Below, piece by piece: positions 9,732 through 20,120 of a DNA stretch of 64,000 nucleotides. Position 1 is the first letter of the stretch. Every line of letters begins with the position of its first letter. Source of the DNA: Hyphomicrobiales bacterium (lineage in GTDB: Bacteria > Pseudomonadota > Alphaproteobacteria > Rhizobiales > CAJQND01); NCBI GenBank assembly GCA_028285595.1, contig JANQOW010000053.1, positions 2,079-66,078 on the forward strand. The letters run 5' to 3'. The position numbers and the translations under genes were made by a program. Below the pieces are notes generated by a model that ran no database searches, was not told where the DNA came from, and saw only the letters and a list, made by a program, of their open reading frames with translations.

Positions 9732-10850
9732 ATGGGCGCCTATGTACTGAGACGTTTGCTGCTGATGATCCCGACCTTGCTCGGGATCATGTTGGTCAGC
9801 TTCGTCATCATCCAATTTGCTCCTGGCGGGCCGGTGGAGCGGGTGATTGCCCAGCTCACCGGAACGGATGTGGGTGCCACGGCCCGGGTGGGTGGCACGG
9901 CGGGGGGGGACTTGGGCGGCACCGGTCAGGCCCAGGGCCAATCGGCCGGCGATCAGGGTGGATCATCCAAATATCGCGGCGCCCAAGGCCTTGACCCGGA
10001 GTTCATTAAGCGGCTGGAGAAGCAATTCGGCTTCGACAAGCCGGCCCACGAACGCTTCTTCTTGATGCTCAAGAACTATCTCACCTTCAATTTCGGGGAG
10101 AGTTATTTCCGGGACATATCGGTCATTGATCTCATCATAGAGAAAATGCCGGTTTCCATATCCTTGGGGCTATGGATGACGCTTTTGTCCTATGGGGTTT
10201 CAATTCCTCTGGGCATTCGCAAAGCGGTGAAAGACGGCACCAGGTTCGACGTCTGGACCTCAGGGGTCATCGTGATTGGCTACGCTATTCCAGGCTTTCT
10301 GTTCGCGGTTCTGCTCATCGTGCTGTTTGCCGGCGGATCCTTCTGGGACATTTTCCCGCTTCGAGGGCTCACCTCTGATGGCTGGGAGCAAATGTCCTGG
10401 CCGGAGAAAATCGCAGACTATTTCTGGCACCTGGTTCTGCCTATTGTCTCCATGGCCATCGGCGCCTTTGCCACCTCAACCCTGCTCACCAAGAACTCCT
10501 TCCTGGATGAGATCCGCAAGCAATACGTTGTGACTGCCCGCTCCAAGGGCCTGTCTGAACGCCGCGTGCTCTACGGCCATGTGTTCCGCAATGCCATGCT
10601 GATCATCATTGCCGGCTTTCCCGGCGCCTTCATCGGTGCCTTCTTTGCCGGCTCATTCCTGATCGAAACCATATTCTCGCTGGATGGCCTGGGACTGCTC
10701 GGCTTTGAATCCATCGTGAACCGGGACTACCCGGTGGTCTTCGCCACGCTTTACATCTTCTCGATCATGGGCCTGATCGTCGGCCTGATTTCCGATCTCA
10801 CCTACACCTGGATCGATCCGAGGATCGATTTCGAAACCCGGGAGGTGTAG
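9732..10850 (+). CDS. yejB: ABC transporter permease YejB
   Basis: 372 aa, a multi-TM BPD_transp_1-type permease. A Gly-rich periplasmic insert and operon position match YejB. Confidence 0.85.
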   Translation: MGAYVLRRLLLMIPTLLGIMLVSFVIIQFAPGGPVERVIAQLTGTDVGATARVGGTAGGDLGGTGQAQGQSAGDQGGSSKYRGAQGLDPEFIKRLEKQFGFDKPAHERFFLMLKNYLTFNFGESYFRDISVIDLIIEKMPVSISLGLWMTLLSYGVSIPLGIRKAVKDGTRFDVWTSGVIVIGYAIPGFLFAVLLIVLFAGGSFWDIFPLRGLTSDGWEQMSWPEKIADYFWHLVLPIVSMAIGAFATSTLLTKNSFLDEIRKQYVVTARSKGLSERRVLYGHVFRNAMLIIIAGFPGAFIGAFFAGSFLIETIFSLDGLGLLGFESIVNRDYPVVFATLYIFSIMGLIVGLISDLTYTWIDPRIDFETREV

Positions 10851-10856
10851 GCCGCT

Positions 10857-12070
10857 ATGGACAAAAAGACCGACGAGACGATTGCCCCGACTGGAGGCCT
10901 CACCGCCGGCGCTGCAGCGCCTCTCCACGCCCAGCACGATGCGGGAGGCTGGCTCTCGCCCATCAACCAGCGCCGCTGGAACAATTTCAAAGCCAACAAG
11001 CGGGGCTATTGGTCATTGTGGATCTTTCTGATCCTGTTCTTCGTCTCCCTTTTCGCTGAGTTCATCGCGAACGACAAACCGCTCCTCATCAAGTATGACG
11101 GCGGCTACTACATGCCAGTGTTCAACACGTACGCGGAGACCACCTTCGGCGGCGAGTTTGAAACCGAAGCCGACTATCGCGACCCCTATGTGACCGAGCT
11201 CATCGCAGAGAAGGACGGCTGGATCGTCTGGGCGCCCATCCGCTATTCCTACAACACCGTGAACCTGGATTTCCCCGGCTACAAGATCGTCGATGGTGAA
11301 CGCAAAAAGGCCGGCTTCCCTGCGCCACCCACATGGCAGATTTCCGGCGACATCTGCCCCGGCACGGACGAACAAACCCAACGCTTCTGTCAGTTGAGCA
11401 ATTGGAACTGGCTGGGCACAGATGACCAGGGCCGCGATGTGGTGGCCCGGCTGATCTACGGCTTCCGCATTTCAGTGATGTTCGGTCTAATCCTGACCCT
11501 CATTTCGTCGGTGATCGGCGTGGCGGCCGGCGCGATCCAAGGCTATTTCGGCGGCTGGACCGACCTGATCTTCCAGCGGGTGATCGAGATCTGGACCTCT
11601 GTGCCCTCGCTCTATCTGCTGATCATCATTGCCGCGGTGATCGAGCCCAATTTCTGGATTCTGCTCGGCATCTTGCTTCTGTTCTCCTGGGTGGCCTTGG
11701 TGGGTGTGGTGCGCGCGGAGTTCCTGCGCGGGCGCAACTTTGAATATGTCAATGCGGCCCGCGCCCTCGGTGTCTCCAACCGCGTCATCATGTTCAAGCA
11801 CTTGTTGCCCAATGCCATGGTGGCCACCCTCACGTTCATGCCGTTCATCCTGAACGGTTCCATCACCACGCTCACATCGCTCGATTTCTTGGGCTTCGGC
11901 CTGCCGCCCGGTTCCCCCTCGCTCGGCGAGCTGCTGTCACAGGGCAAGAACAACCTCCAAGCCCCGTGGCTCGGTATCTCCGGCTTTATGGTGATCGCCA
12001 CAATGCTCTCGCTGCTCATCTTCGTAGGTGAAGCCGTGCGCGATGCGCTGGATCCCAGAAAGACCTTCGT

Positions 12071-12074
<4 letters not shown>
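10857..12074 (+). CDS. yejE: ABC transporter permease YejE
   Basis: 405-aa multi-TM permease with a large periplasmic loop after TM1. It overlaps the yejF start (ATGA). Confidence 0.85.
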
Positions 12075-13699
<1,625 letters not shown>

Positions 13700-13708
13700 G
13701 TTTTGCAC

Positions 13709-14653
13709 ATGGCCGTTCTTTTCGTTCTGAACCGATACAATGCGTCCGACTGGGCCGACATGATGCGCGAACGCGCGCCCGATCTGGACATTCGCTTGTG
13801 GCCGGACGATGTGGGCAACCCCGAGGACATCCGGTTCATCGTCGCCTGGAACCCGCCTGAGGGCGAGCTGGCCAAGTTTCCCAATCTGGAGGTCATCTTC
13901 TCCATGGGGGCGGGCGTGGATCACCTGATGAAGGATCCCGCTCTGCCCAAGGTGCCCGTGGTGCGGGTTGTGGCTGGAGACCTCACCAAGCGCATGACCG
14001 AATATGTGGTGATGAACGTGCTGCTGCACCACCGCCGCGTTGCCCTCTATGACAGCCAGCAGAAGGCGCGCGCATGGACCGAGCGCAGTCAGCCCGCAGC
14101 CAATGAGGTCAGGGTCGGCATCATGGGCTTCGGCGTGTTGGGTCAGGATTGCGGCATTCTCCTGCGCGATCTTGGGTTCCATGTGGCCGGTTGGAGCAAT
14201 GGCCGCAAGCACGTTGAGGGCATCGAAAGCTTCGCCGGCGGTGCGGAGCTCGACGCTTTTCTCGGCCGCACCGACATCTTGGTCTCGCTGCTGCCTCACA
14301 CGCCGGATACGGACCGCATGCTGAACGCGTCTCTCTTTGCCAAGCTGCCTCAGGATGGCGCGCTGGAGGGACCGTTCCTGATCAATGCCGGCCGGGGCAA
14401 AGTTCAATGCGATGCAGACATCCTGGCCGCCCTGAATGACGGCACGCTCAAGGGCGCCTCGCTGGATGTGTTTGAAGAAGAGCCCTTGCCTGCAGACAGT
14501 CCACTCTGGGCCCACCCCCAACTGGTGCTCACTCCCCATGTGGCGGCAGAGTCCTCGCCGGTCGCGATTAACGACTACATCCTCGATCAACTTCGCGGCT
14601 ATGAACTTGGCGAACCCTTGTCTAATGTGGTGAATGCCGAGCGCGGCTACTGA
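13709..14653 (+). CDS. D-isomer-specific 2-hydroxyacid dehydrogenase (glyoxylate/hydroxypyruvate reductase A-like)
   Basis: NAD-binding segment GIMGFGVLGQ and the catalytic-domain segment LTPHVAAES. The ORF-track start at 13703 is TTG; the ATG at 13709 is preferred. Confidence 0.8.
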   Translation: MAVLFVLNRYNASDWADMMRERAPDLDIRLWPDDVGNPEDIRFIVAWNPPEGELAKFPNLEVIFSMGAGVDHLMKDPALPKVPVVRVVAGDLTKRMTEYVVMNVLLHHRRVALYDSQQKARAWTERSQPAANEVRVGIMGFGVLGQDCGILLRDLGFHVAGWSNGRKHVEGIESFAGGAELDAFLGRTDILVSLLPHTPDTDRMLNASLFAKLPQDGALEGPFLINAGRGKVQCDADILAALNDGTLKGASLDVFEEEPLPADSPLWAHPQLVLTPHVAAESSPVAINDYILDQLRGYELGEPLSNVVNAERGY

Positions 14654-14690
14654 GCAACGCCGTCTACGCCAAAAGAGATCTTTAAGCGCC

Positions 14691-15713
14691 ATGTCGCAAA
14701 ATCCCGTCTTCGTCGAAGCCACCCGTGGTGGCTTTGTTGAAAGCCAGCATCGCGGGGCGTTTGCCGTGGTGGGCCCGGGCGGCGACTTGGTCGCCTCCTT
14801 AGGCGACATTGAGCGCCCGGTCTTTCCCCGCTCTGCCATCAAAGCGTTCCAGGCCCTGCCCGTTGTTGAGAGCGGTGCAGCTGACAAATTTGGCTTCACC
14901 CCTGAGGAGATCGCCCTTTGCTGCGCCTCTCACGGCGGCGAGCCCCGCCACACGGAAACAGCTCAGCGCATGCTCGAGAAGGTGGGGCTCAGCGCAGATC
15001 ATCTGGAGTGCGGCGGCCACTGGCCCACCCACCAGCACACCACCAACCGGATGCTGTCGAGAGATCAACGTTTCGACCAGCTTCACAACAACTGCTCGGG
15101 CAAACATGCCGGCATGATTGCGCTTGCCGTGCAGTTGGGTGTCGAGCCGGCCGGATACATTTCAGTGGGCCATGCCGTGCAGCAAGCGGTCAAGAACACC
15201 ATTGAGACCATGTGTGAGACAGACCTCAGCACAGCCCCCATGGGCATTGACGGCTGTTCCGTGCCCACCTGGGCGTTCCCTCTGCGCAACATGGCCCTTG
15301 GCTTTGCAAAGCTGGCAGATGGACCGGAGCTTTCTGAAACCTCACGTGCCGCTGCAGACCGAATCGTCGAGGCCGTCCGCGAGCACCCGTTCATGGTGGC
15401 CGGAACCGCACGGGTCTGCACGCTGCTGATGGAGAACGTTCCCCGGGCCTTCGTGAAAGTGGGGGCGGAAGGGGTTTATTGCGCCGCCATTCCCCATGCC
15501 GGACTTGGCGTCGCGCTAAAGTGCGACAGCGGCTCCTCCGAGGCGGCGGAAATCTCCATTGCCAGCGTGCTCTGCGCCCTGCCGGTTTGGACGAACGCAG
15601 AGCGCGAGGCGCTCTTAGGGTTCACGTCACGGCCCCTGCGCAACCGCCGCAACACCGAAGTGGGCACCCTGCGCCGGGCCCCGGCGTTGGCCGATCTCTC
15701 CATTGAAATCTGA
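14691..15713 (+). CDS. Asparaginase II family protein (PF06089-like)
   Basis: About 340 aa. The N-terminus VEATRGGFVESQHRG and the CSGKHAGM motif are typical of the thermolabile rhizobial-type asparaginase family. Start taken at ATG 14691. Confidence 0.7.
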   Translation: MSQNPVFVEATRGGFVESQHRGAFAVVGPGGDLVASLGDIERPVFPRSAIKAFQALPVVESGAADKFGFTPEEIALCCASHGGEPRHTETAQRMLEKVGLSADHLECGGHWPTHQHTTNRMLSRDQRFDQLHNNCSGKHAGMIALAVQLGVEPAGYISVGHAVQQAVKNTIETMCETDLSTAPMGIDGCSVPTWAFPLRNMALGFAKLADGPELSETSRAAADRIVEAVREHPFMVAGTARVCTLLMENVPRAFVKVGAEGVYCAAIPHAGLGVALKCDSGSSEAAEISIASVLCALPVWTNAEREALLGFTSRPLRNRRNTEVGTLRRAPALADLSIEI

Positions 15714-15789
15714 GCTGAACGCCGTTTGCGGCACGCAACTGCCGCTCTTGCGCCTTTGCAATCGGCTTTCGAGACCCTATTTTTCCCTT

Positions 15790-16419
15790 ATGGAACTGGC
15801 CCCGGCAGAAACATATGATTTCAAGCGCACCGGCGGCGGCGTGCTGCTCATCGCCTGCGGGGCTTTGGCGCGCGAGATCATTCAGCTCATAGAGCTCAAC
15901 AGTTGGCGCCATTTCGACGTCACTTGCCTGCCCGCCAAATGGCACAACACACCAGATCTCATCCCGGAAGGGGTGCGCGGCAAGATCCGCGAGGCTAAGG
16001 GCAAGTATGAGAAAATCTATGTGCTCTACGCTGACTGCGGCACAGGAGGCCTGCTTGATAAGGTCTTGGAGGAAGAAGGCGGCGTGGAGCGCATTGGCGG
16101 GCCCCACTGCTATTCCTTCTTCTCCGGCAATGCCCTGTTTGAGGCGCGGGGCGACGAGGACATGCGCGCGTTCTTCCTAACGGACTATCTGGCCCAGCAC
16201 TTTGACAAGCTGATCTGGGAAGGCTTCGGCATCGACCGGCACCCGGACATGGTGTCCTTCGTCTTCGGTAACTATGAAAAGCTGATCTATCTGGCCCAGG
16301 CCCCTACGGACGCCTTGAAGGAAAAGGCCGAGGCCGCCGCCAACAAACTGGGACTGGCTTACGAGTACCGCGAAACCGGCTATGGCGATCTGGAAACGTT
16401 TATGCGGTCGGCGGGGTAG
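15790..16419 (+). CDS. DUF1638 domain-containing protein
   Basis: About 209 aa with LIACGALAREI...LPAKWHNTPDLIP...LYADCGTGGLLD, the pattern I associate with DUF1638. ORF-track start 15703 is TTG; ATG 15790 is preferred. Confidence 0.6.
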   Translation: MELAPAETYDFKRTGGGVLLIACGALAREIIQLIELNSWRHFDVTCLPAKWHNTPDLIPEGVRGKIREAKGKYEKIYVLYADCGTGGLLDKVLEEEGGVERIGGPHCYSFFSGNALFEARGDEDMRAFFLTDYLAQHFDKLIWEGFGIDRHPDMVSFVFGNYEKLIYLAQAPTDALKEKAEAAANKLGLAYEYRETGYGDLETFMRSAG

Positions 16420-16424
16420 GTGTC

Positions 16425-17069
16425 TTATCCAGACCCCAGCGCCGCCTTGATCAGCGCTTTCGCCTCACCGGAATCCCATTCCGCCGGCCCAAGCAACCGG
16501 CCGATCTCGCGCCCTTCGCGGTCAATCAGCAAAGTCGCCGGCAAGCCGATCACGCCAAGCTTCTGCAGCGCATCGCTGGTCTGATCCACATAAAGGCCGA
16601 GAGATGAAGCCCCGACTTCCTCCAAGAATTTGGCGGACGCTGAAAGCCCTTTGCGGTCCACACTCAGAGCCACCACCTCAAACTGATCACCGCCGAATTC
16701 CTGCTGCAGCCGGTTGATCGACGGCATCTCGTGGCGGCAGGGCGCGCACCAGGTGGCCCACAGATTGAGCATCACCACCCGGCCCTTCCAATCGGACATC
16801 TTCATGGGCTGGTCTTTGCCATCCTTGAAGGGAATATCCGGAACCGCGGGCAGGTCCGCCTTCACCACAAAGTTCTTCATCTGGCCGGTGGCCAGCGCCT
16901 TGGTCACTGCGCTGGAGCTGCCCGCTGCCGGGGCGCTTGCCGTCTGCGGAGTTTCCTTTTCGCCGCCCATAAACATTGAAGCAGCCAGTGCGGCAATCAC
17001 CGCACCAATCAGAACCGGCACCAGAAGACGGTTGCGGGTGGCCTGATTTTCCTTGTCTTTTTCTGTCAT
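16425..17069 (-). CDS. tlpA: Thiol:disulfide interchange protein, TlpA/ResA-type periplasmic thioredoxin
   Basis: Redox motif WATWCAPCRHEMP and an N-terminal membrane anchor (LLVPVLIGAVIAALAAS). The start MTEKDKEN at 17069 is verified in frame; ORF-track start 17312 is rejected because it overlaps argH. Confidence 0.85.
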   Translation of the reverse strand: MTEKDKENQATRNRLLVPVLIGAVIAALAASMFMGGEKETPQTASAPAAGSSSAVTKALATGQMKNFVVKADLPAVPDIPFKDGKDQPMKMSDWKGRVVMLNLWATWCAPCRHEMPSINRLQQEFGGDQFEVVALSVDRKGLSASAKFLEEVGASSLGLYVDQTSDALQKLGVIGLPATLLIDREGREIGRLLGPAEWDSGEAKALIKAALGSG

Positions 17070-17115
17070 AGGAACGATTAGGTGTCTTTCATTGCTTTGC
17101 CCGGGATAGAGCACG

Positions 17116-18498
17116 ATGACCAACAGAATGTGGGGCGGACGCTTCTCCGCCGGCCCCGACGAAATCATGACCGAAATCAATGCCTCCATTGATTTCGACA
17201 AACGTTTTGCCGCGCAGGATATAGCAGGCTCGCTGGCCCATTGCGACATGCTGGCGGCCACCGGCATCATCTCTGAGGCCGATGCAGCAGAAATTAGGCA
17301 GGGGCTGGCCACAATCCAAACTGAAATTGATCAAGGCACGTTCACGTTTTCGCGGGCTCTGGAGGATATTCACATGAATATCGAAGCCCGGTTGGCCGAA
17401 TTGATCGGCCCGGCGGCGGGCCGCCTCCATACCGCGCGATCACGCAACGACCAGGTGGCCACCGATTTCCGGCTTTATGTGCGCGATGTGCTGGACACCT
17501 TCGATGGGCAGGTCAAGCAACTCCAGCTTGCCCTTGTGGCCAAGGCTGAAGCCCATGCGGACACCATCATGCCGGGGTTCACCCACCTGCAGTCTGCCCA
17601 GCCGGTGACGTTTGGCCACCACTGCCTGGCCTATGTGGAAATGTTTGCCCGCGACCGGGCCAGACTGGCCGATGCCCGCGGGCGCCTCAATCAATCCCCG
17701 CTGGGCGCAGCGGCCCTAGCCGGCACCTCGTTCCCCATCGACCGAGAGATGACCGCAAAAGCGCTTGGCTTCGACGGCCCGGCCCGCAACTCGCTTGATG
17801 CGGTATCAGATCGGGATTTCGTCCTGGAAACCCTGGCCGCAGCGAGCATTTGCGCCACCCATCTGTCGCGACTGGCAGAGGAACTGGTGATTTGGTGCAC
17901 CGCGCAGTTCAGGTTCGTCAAACTCTCCGACAAGTTCTCAACCGGCTCCTCCATCATGCCTCAGAAGCGCAATCCGGATGCCGCAGAGCTGGTCCGCGCC
18001 AAGGTGGGCCGCATCCTGGGGGCCCTCAACGCGTTGATTGTGGTGATGAAAGGCCTCCCGCTGACCTATTCCAAGGACATGCAGGAAGACAAAGAGCCGG
18101 CCTTCGATGCCTTTGACAGCCTGTCACTGGCCCTGGCCGCCATGACCGGAATGGTGAGCGATCTGGAACCACAGAAGGACACCATGCATGCCGCCGCCTC
18201 GTCCGGCTATTCCACCGCAACCGACCTCGCCGACTGGTTGGTGCGGGTGCTGGGTCTGCCGTTCCGCGAAGCCCATCACGTGACCGGCGCCATTGTGGCC
18301 TTGGCGGAAGAGAAGGCCTGCGGCCTGGACGCGCTGGATCTGGCGGATATGCAATCCGTGCACGCAGAGATCACAGAGGACGTATTCTCTGTTCTCAGCG
18401 TGGAAAACTCCGTGGCGTCGCGCACCTGTTTTGGCGGCACCGCGCCAGACAATGTGAGAGACCAGGTAAAATTCTGGCAAGACGCCTTAAGGGACTGA
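17116..18498 (+). CDS. argH: Argininosuccinate lyase
   Basis: 460 aa with the fumarate-lyase signature [12 protein letters not shown] and the N-terminus MWGGRFS. Confidence 0.95.
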   Translation: MTNRMWGGRFSAGPDEIMTEINASIDFDKRFAAQDIAGSLAHCDMLAATGIISEADAAEIRQGLATIQTEIDQGTFTFSRALEDIHMNIEARLAELIGPAAGRLHTARSRNDQVATDFRLYVRDVLDTFDGQVKQLQLALVAKAEAHADTIMPGFTHLQSAQPVTFGHHCLAYVEMFARDRARLADARGRLNQSPLGAAALAGTSFPIDREMTAKALGFDGPARNSLDAVSDRDFVLETLAAASICATHLSRLAEELVIWCTAQFRFVKLSDKFSTGSSIMPQKRNPDAAELVRAKVGRILGALNALIVVMKGLPLTYSKDMQEDKEPAFDAFDSLSLALAAMTGMVSDLEPQKDTMHAAASSGYSTATDLADWLVRVLGLPFREAHHVTGAIVALAEEKACGLDALDLADMQSVHAEITEDVFSVLSVENSVASRTCFGGTAPDNVRDQVKFWQDALRD

Positions 18499-18576
18499 CT
18501 CAGAGGCTATTTTGCGCTAGAAGATGAGTGAGTTTCGCGTGCTGGGGCGCCAACGCGCCCGTCGGGAGAGGATAAC

Positions 18577-18747
18577 GTGCGGCTGACACGGTTTGCCATA
18601 CTAGCTCTAATGCTTGCTGCCCTGGGGCTGACGGCCTGCGGGCGCGCGGGCCCACTCGAGCCGCCACCGGGCTATGAGAAGGACGAGGATGACACCACCA
18701 TCCTGGATCCGCTTATCGATCCGGATGGTCCGAAACCCTCCAACTAA
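18577..18747 (+). CDS. lptM: Small lipoprotein, LptM/YifL-like (56 aa)
   Basis: Absent from the ORF track (<60 aa, GTG start). SD GGGAGAGG precedes the GTG. Translation: MRLTRFAILALMLAALGLTA|CGRAGPLEPPPGYEKDEDD..., with lipobox LTAC followed by CG-x-x-GPL-x-PP as in E. coli LptM (CGLKGPLYFPP). 171 nt in frame to TAA at 18745-18747, directly upstream of lysA. Confidence 0.65.
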   Translation: MRLTRFAILALMLAALGLTACGRAGPLEPPPGYEKDEDDTTILDPLIDPDGPKPSN

Positions 18748-18750
18748 GCC

Positions 18751-20016
18751 ATGCATCATTTCGATTATCTGAACGGCACACTCCATGCCGAAGGCGTCAG
18801 CCTTGCTCGCATCGCAGAAGAGGTGGGCACCCCGTTCTATTGCTATTCCAGCGCCACTCTGGAGCGCCACTTCAAGGTGTTCGACGAAGCCTTTGAGGGC
18901 GTCGACCGCATGGTCTGCTACTCGCCCAAGGCCAATTCGAATTTGGCTGTGATGAAGACCCTAACCGATCTGGGCGCCGGTGCCGATGTGGTCTCAGAAG
19001 GTGAGCTGCACCGGGCACTCGCGGTGGGGATCGATCCGGCAAAAATCGTCTTTTCCGGCGTCGGCAAGACGGCCGCAGAGATGCGCTTTGCCTTGGAGAT
19101 CGGCATTGCCTGCTTCAACGTGGAATCAGAACCTGAGCTTGAGCTGCTCTCCAAAGTGGCGTCCGGTATGGGGATCGAGGCTCCCGTATCCATCCGTGTG
19201 AACCCGGACGTGGATGCCGGCACCCACGAGAAGATCACAACTGGCCTGGCGCACAACAAGTTCGGGATTTCCTACACCCGGGCCGAAGAGGTCTATGCCC
19301 GCGCCGCCGCCCTGCCAGGCATTAAGATCACCGGCGTGGACATGCATATTGGCAGTCAGATCACGGATCTGGAGCCGTTTTCCAAAGCTTACAGCCTGAT
19401 GGCCGAGCTGGTGCACACCTTGCGCGCTGCTGGCCACACCATTGACCATCTCGATCTGGGCGGCGGTCTCGGCATTCCCTATCGCGGCACCAATGACATC
19501 CCGCCTCATCCGGATGAATACGCCGCGATGGTCAAGCGCACCGTGGGCGATCTTGGCTGCAAGCTGGTGTTTGAGCCGGGCCGCATGATTTCGGGCAATG
19601 CAGGTATCCTGGTGACCAAGATCATCTATGCCAAGCCTGCCCAAGACCGTACGTTCCTGATCGCGGATGCCGCCATGAACGATCTCATCCGGCCAACGCT
19701 CTATGATGCGTTTCACGAGATTTGGCCGGTAGATCATAAGCTTAAGGACGCACCTCCCGTGACGGGCGATCTTGTGGGTCCCGTCTGCGAGAGCGGCGAT
19801 TACATCGCGCGCGACCGAGACCTCCCCGACGCCAAGGCCGGTCAGCTCCTGGCAATCCTATCTGCCGGCGCCTATGGGGCGGTGCAGGCAGGGACCTACA
19901 ATACCCGCCTTCTGGTCCCCGAGGTGATGGTCAAAAACGATCAATATGCGGTGGTCCGCCCCCGGCAAACCTATGAAGAGCTGATCGGCCTCGATAAACT
20001 CGCCGCCTGGCAGTAG
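18751..20016 (+). CDS. lysA: Diaminopimelate decarboxylase
   Basis: 421 aa with the PLP-lysine region YSPKANSN and the CESGD motif. Confidence 0.95.
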   Translation: MHHFDYLNGTLHAEGVSLARIAEEVGTPFYCYSSATLERHFKVFDEAFEGVDRMVCYSPKANSNLAVMKTLTDLGAGADVVSEGELHRALAVGIDPAKIVFSGVGKTAAEMRFALEIGIACFNVESEPELELLSKVASGMGIEAPVSIRVNPDVDAGTHEKITTGLAHNKFGISYTRAEEVYARAAALPGIKITGVDMHIGSQITDLEPFSKAYSLMAELVHTLRAAGHTIDHLDLGGGLGIPYRGTNDIPPHPDEYAAMVKRTVGDLGCKLVFEPGRMISGNAGILVTKIIYAKPAQDRTFLIADAAMNDLIRPTLYDAFHEIWPVDHKLKDAPPVTGDLVGPVCESGDYIARDRDLPDAKAGQLLAILSAGAYGAVQAGTYNTRLLVPEVMVKNDQYAVVRPRQTYEELIGLDKLAAWQ

Positions 20017-20120
20017 AAAAATCAATACGGAACAATCGCTTAACGCCGTCACGAAACAGTGAGGCAAAGCACCGCTATTCCTGTCGAATTGCTGTCAAAT
20101 CGTGCTAGTATCTTCAGGCA

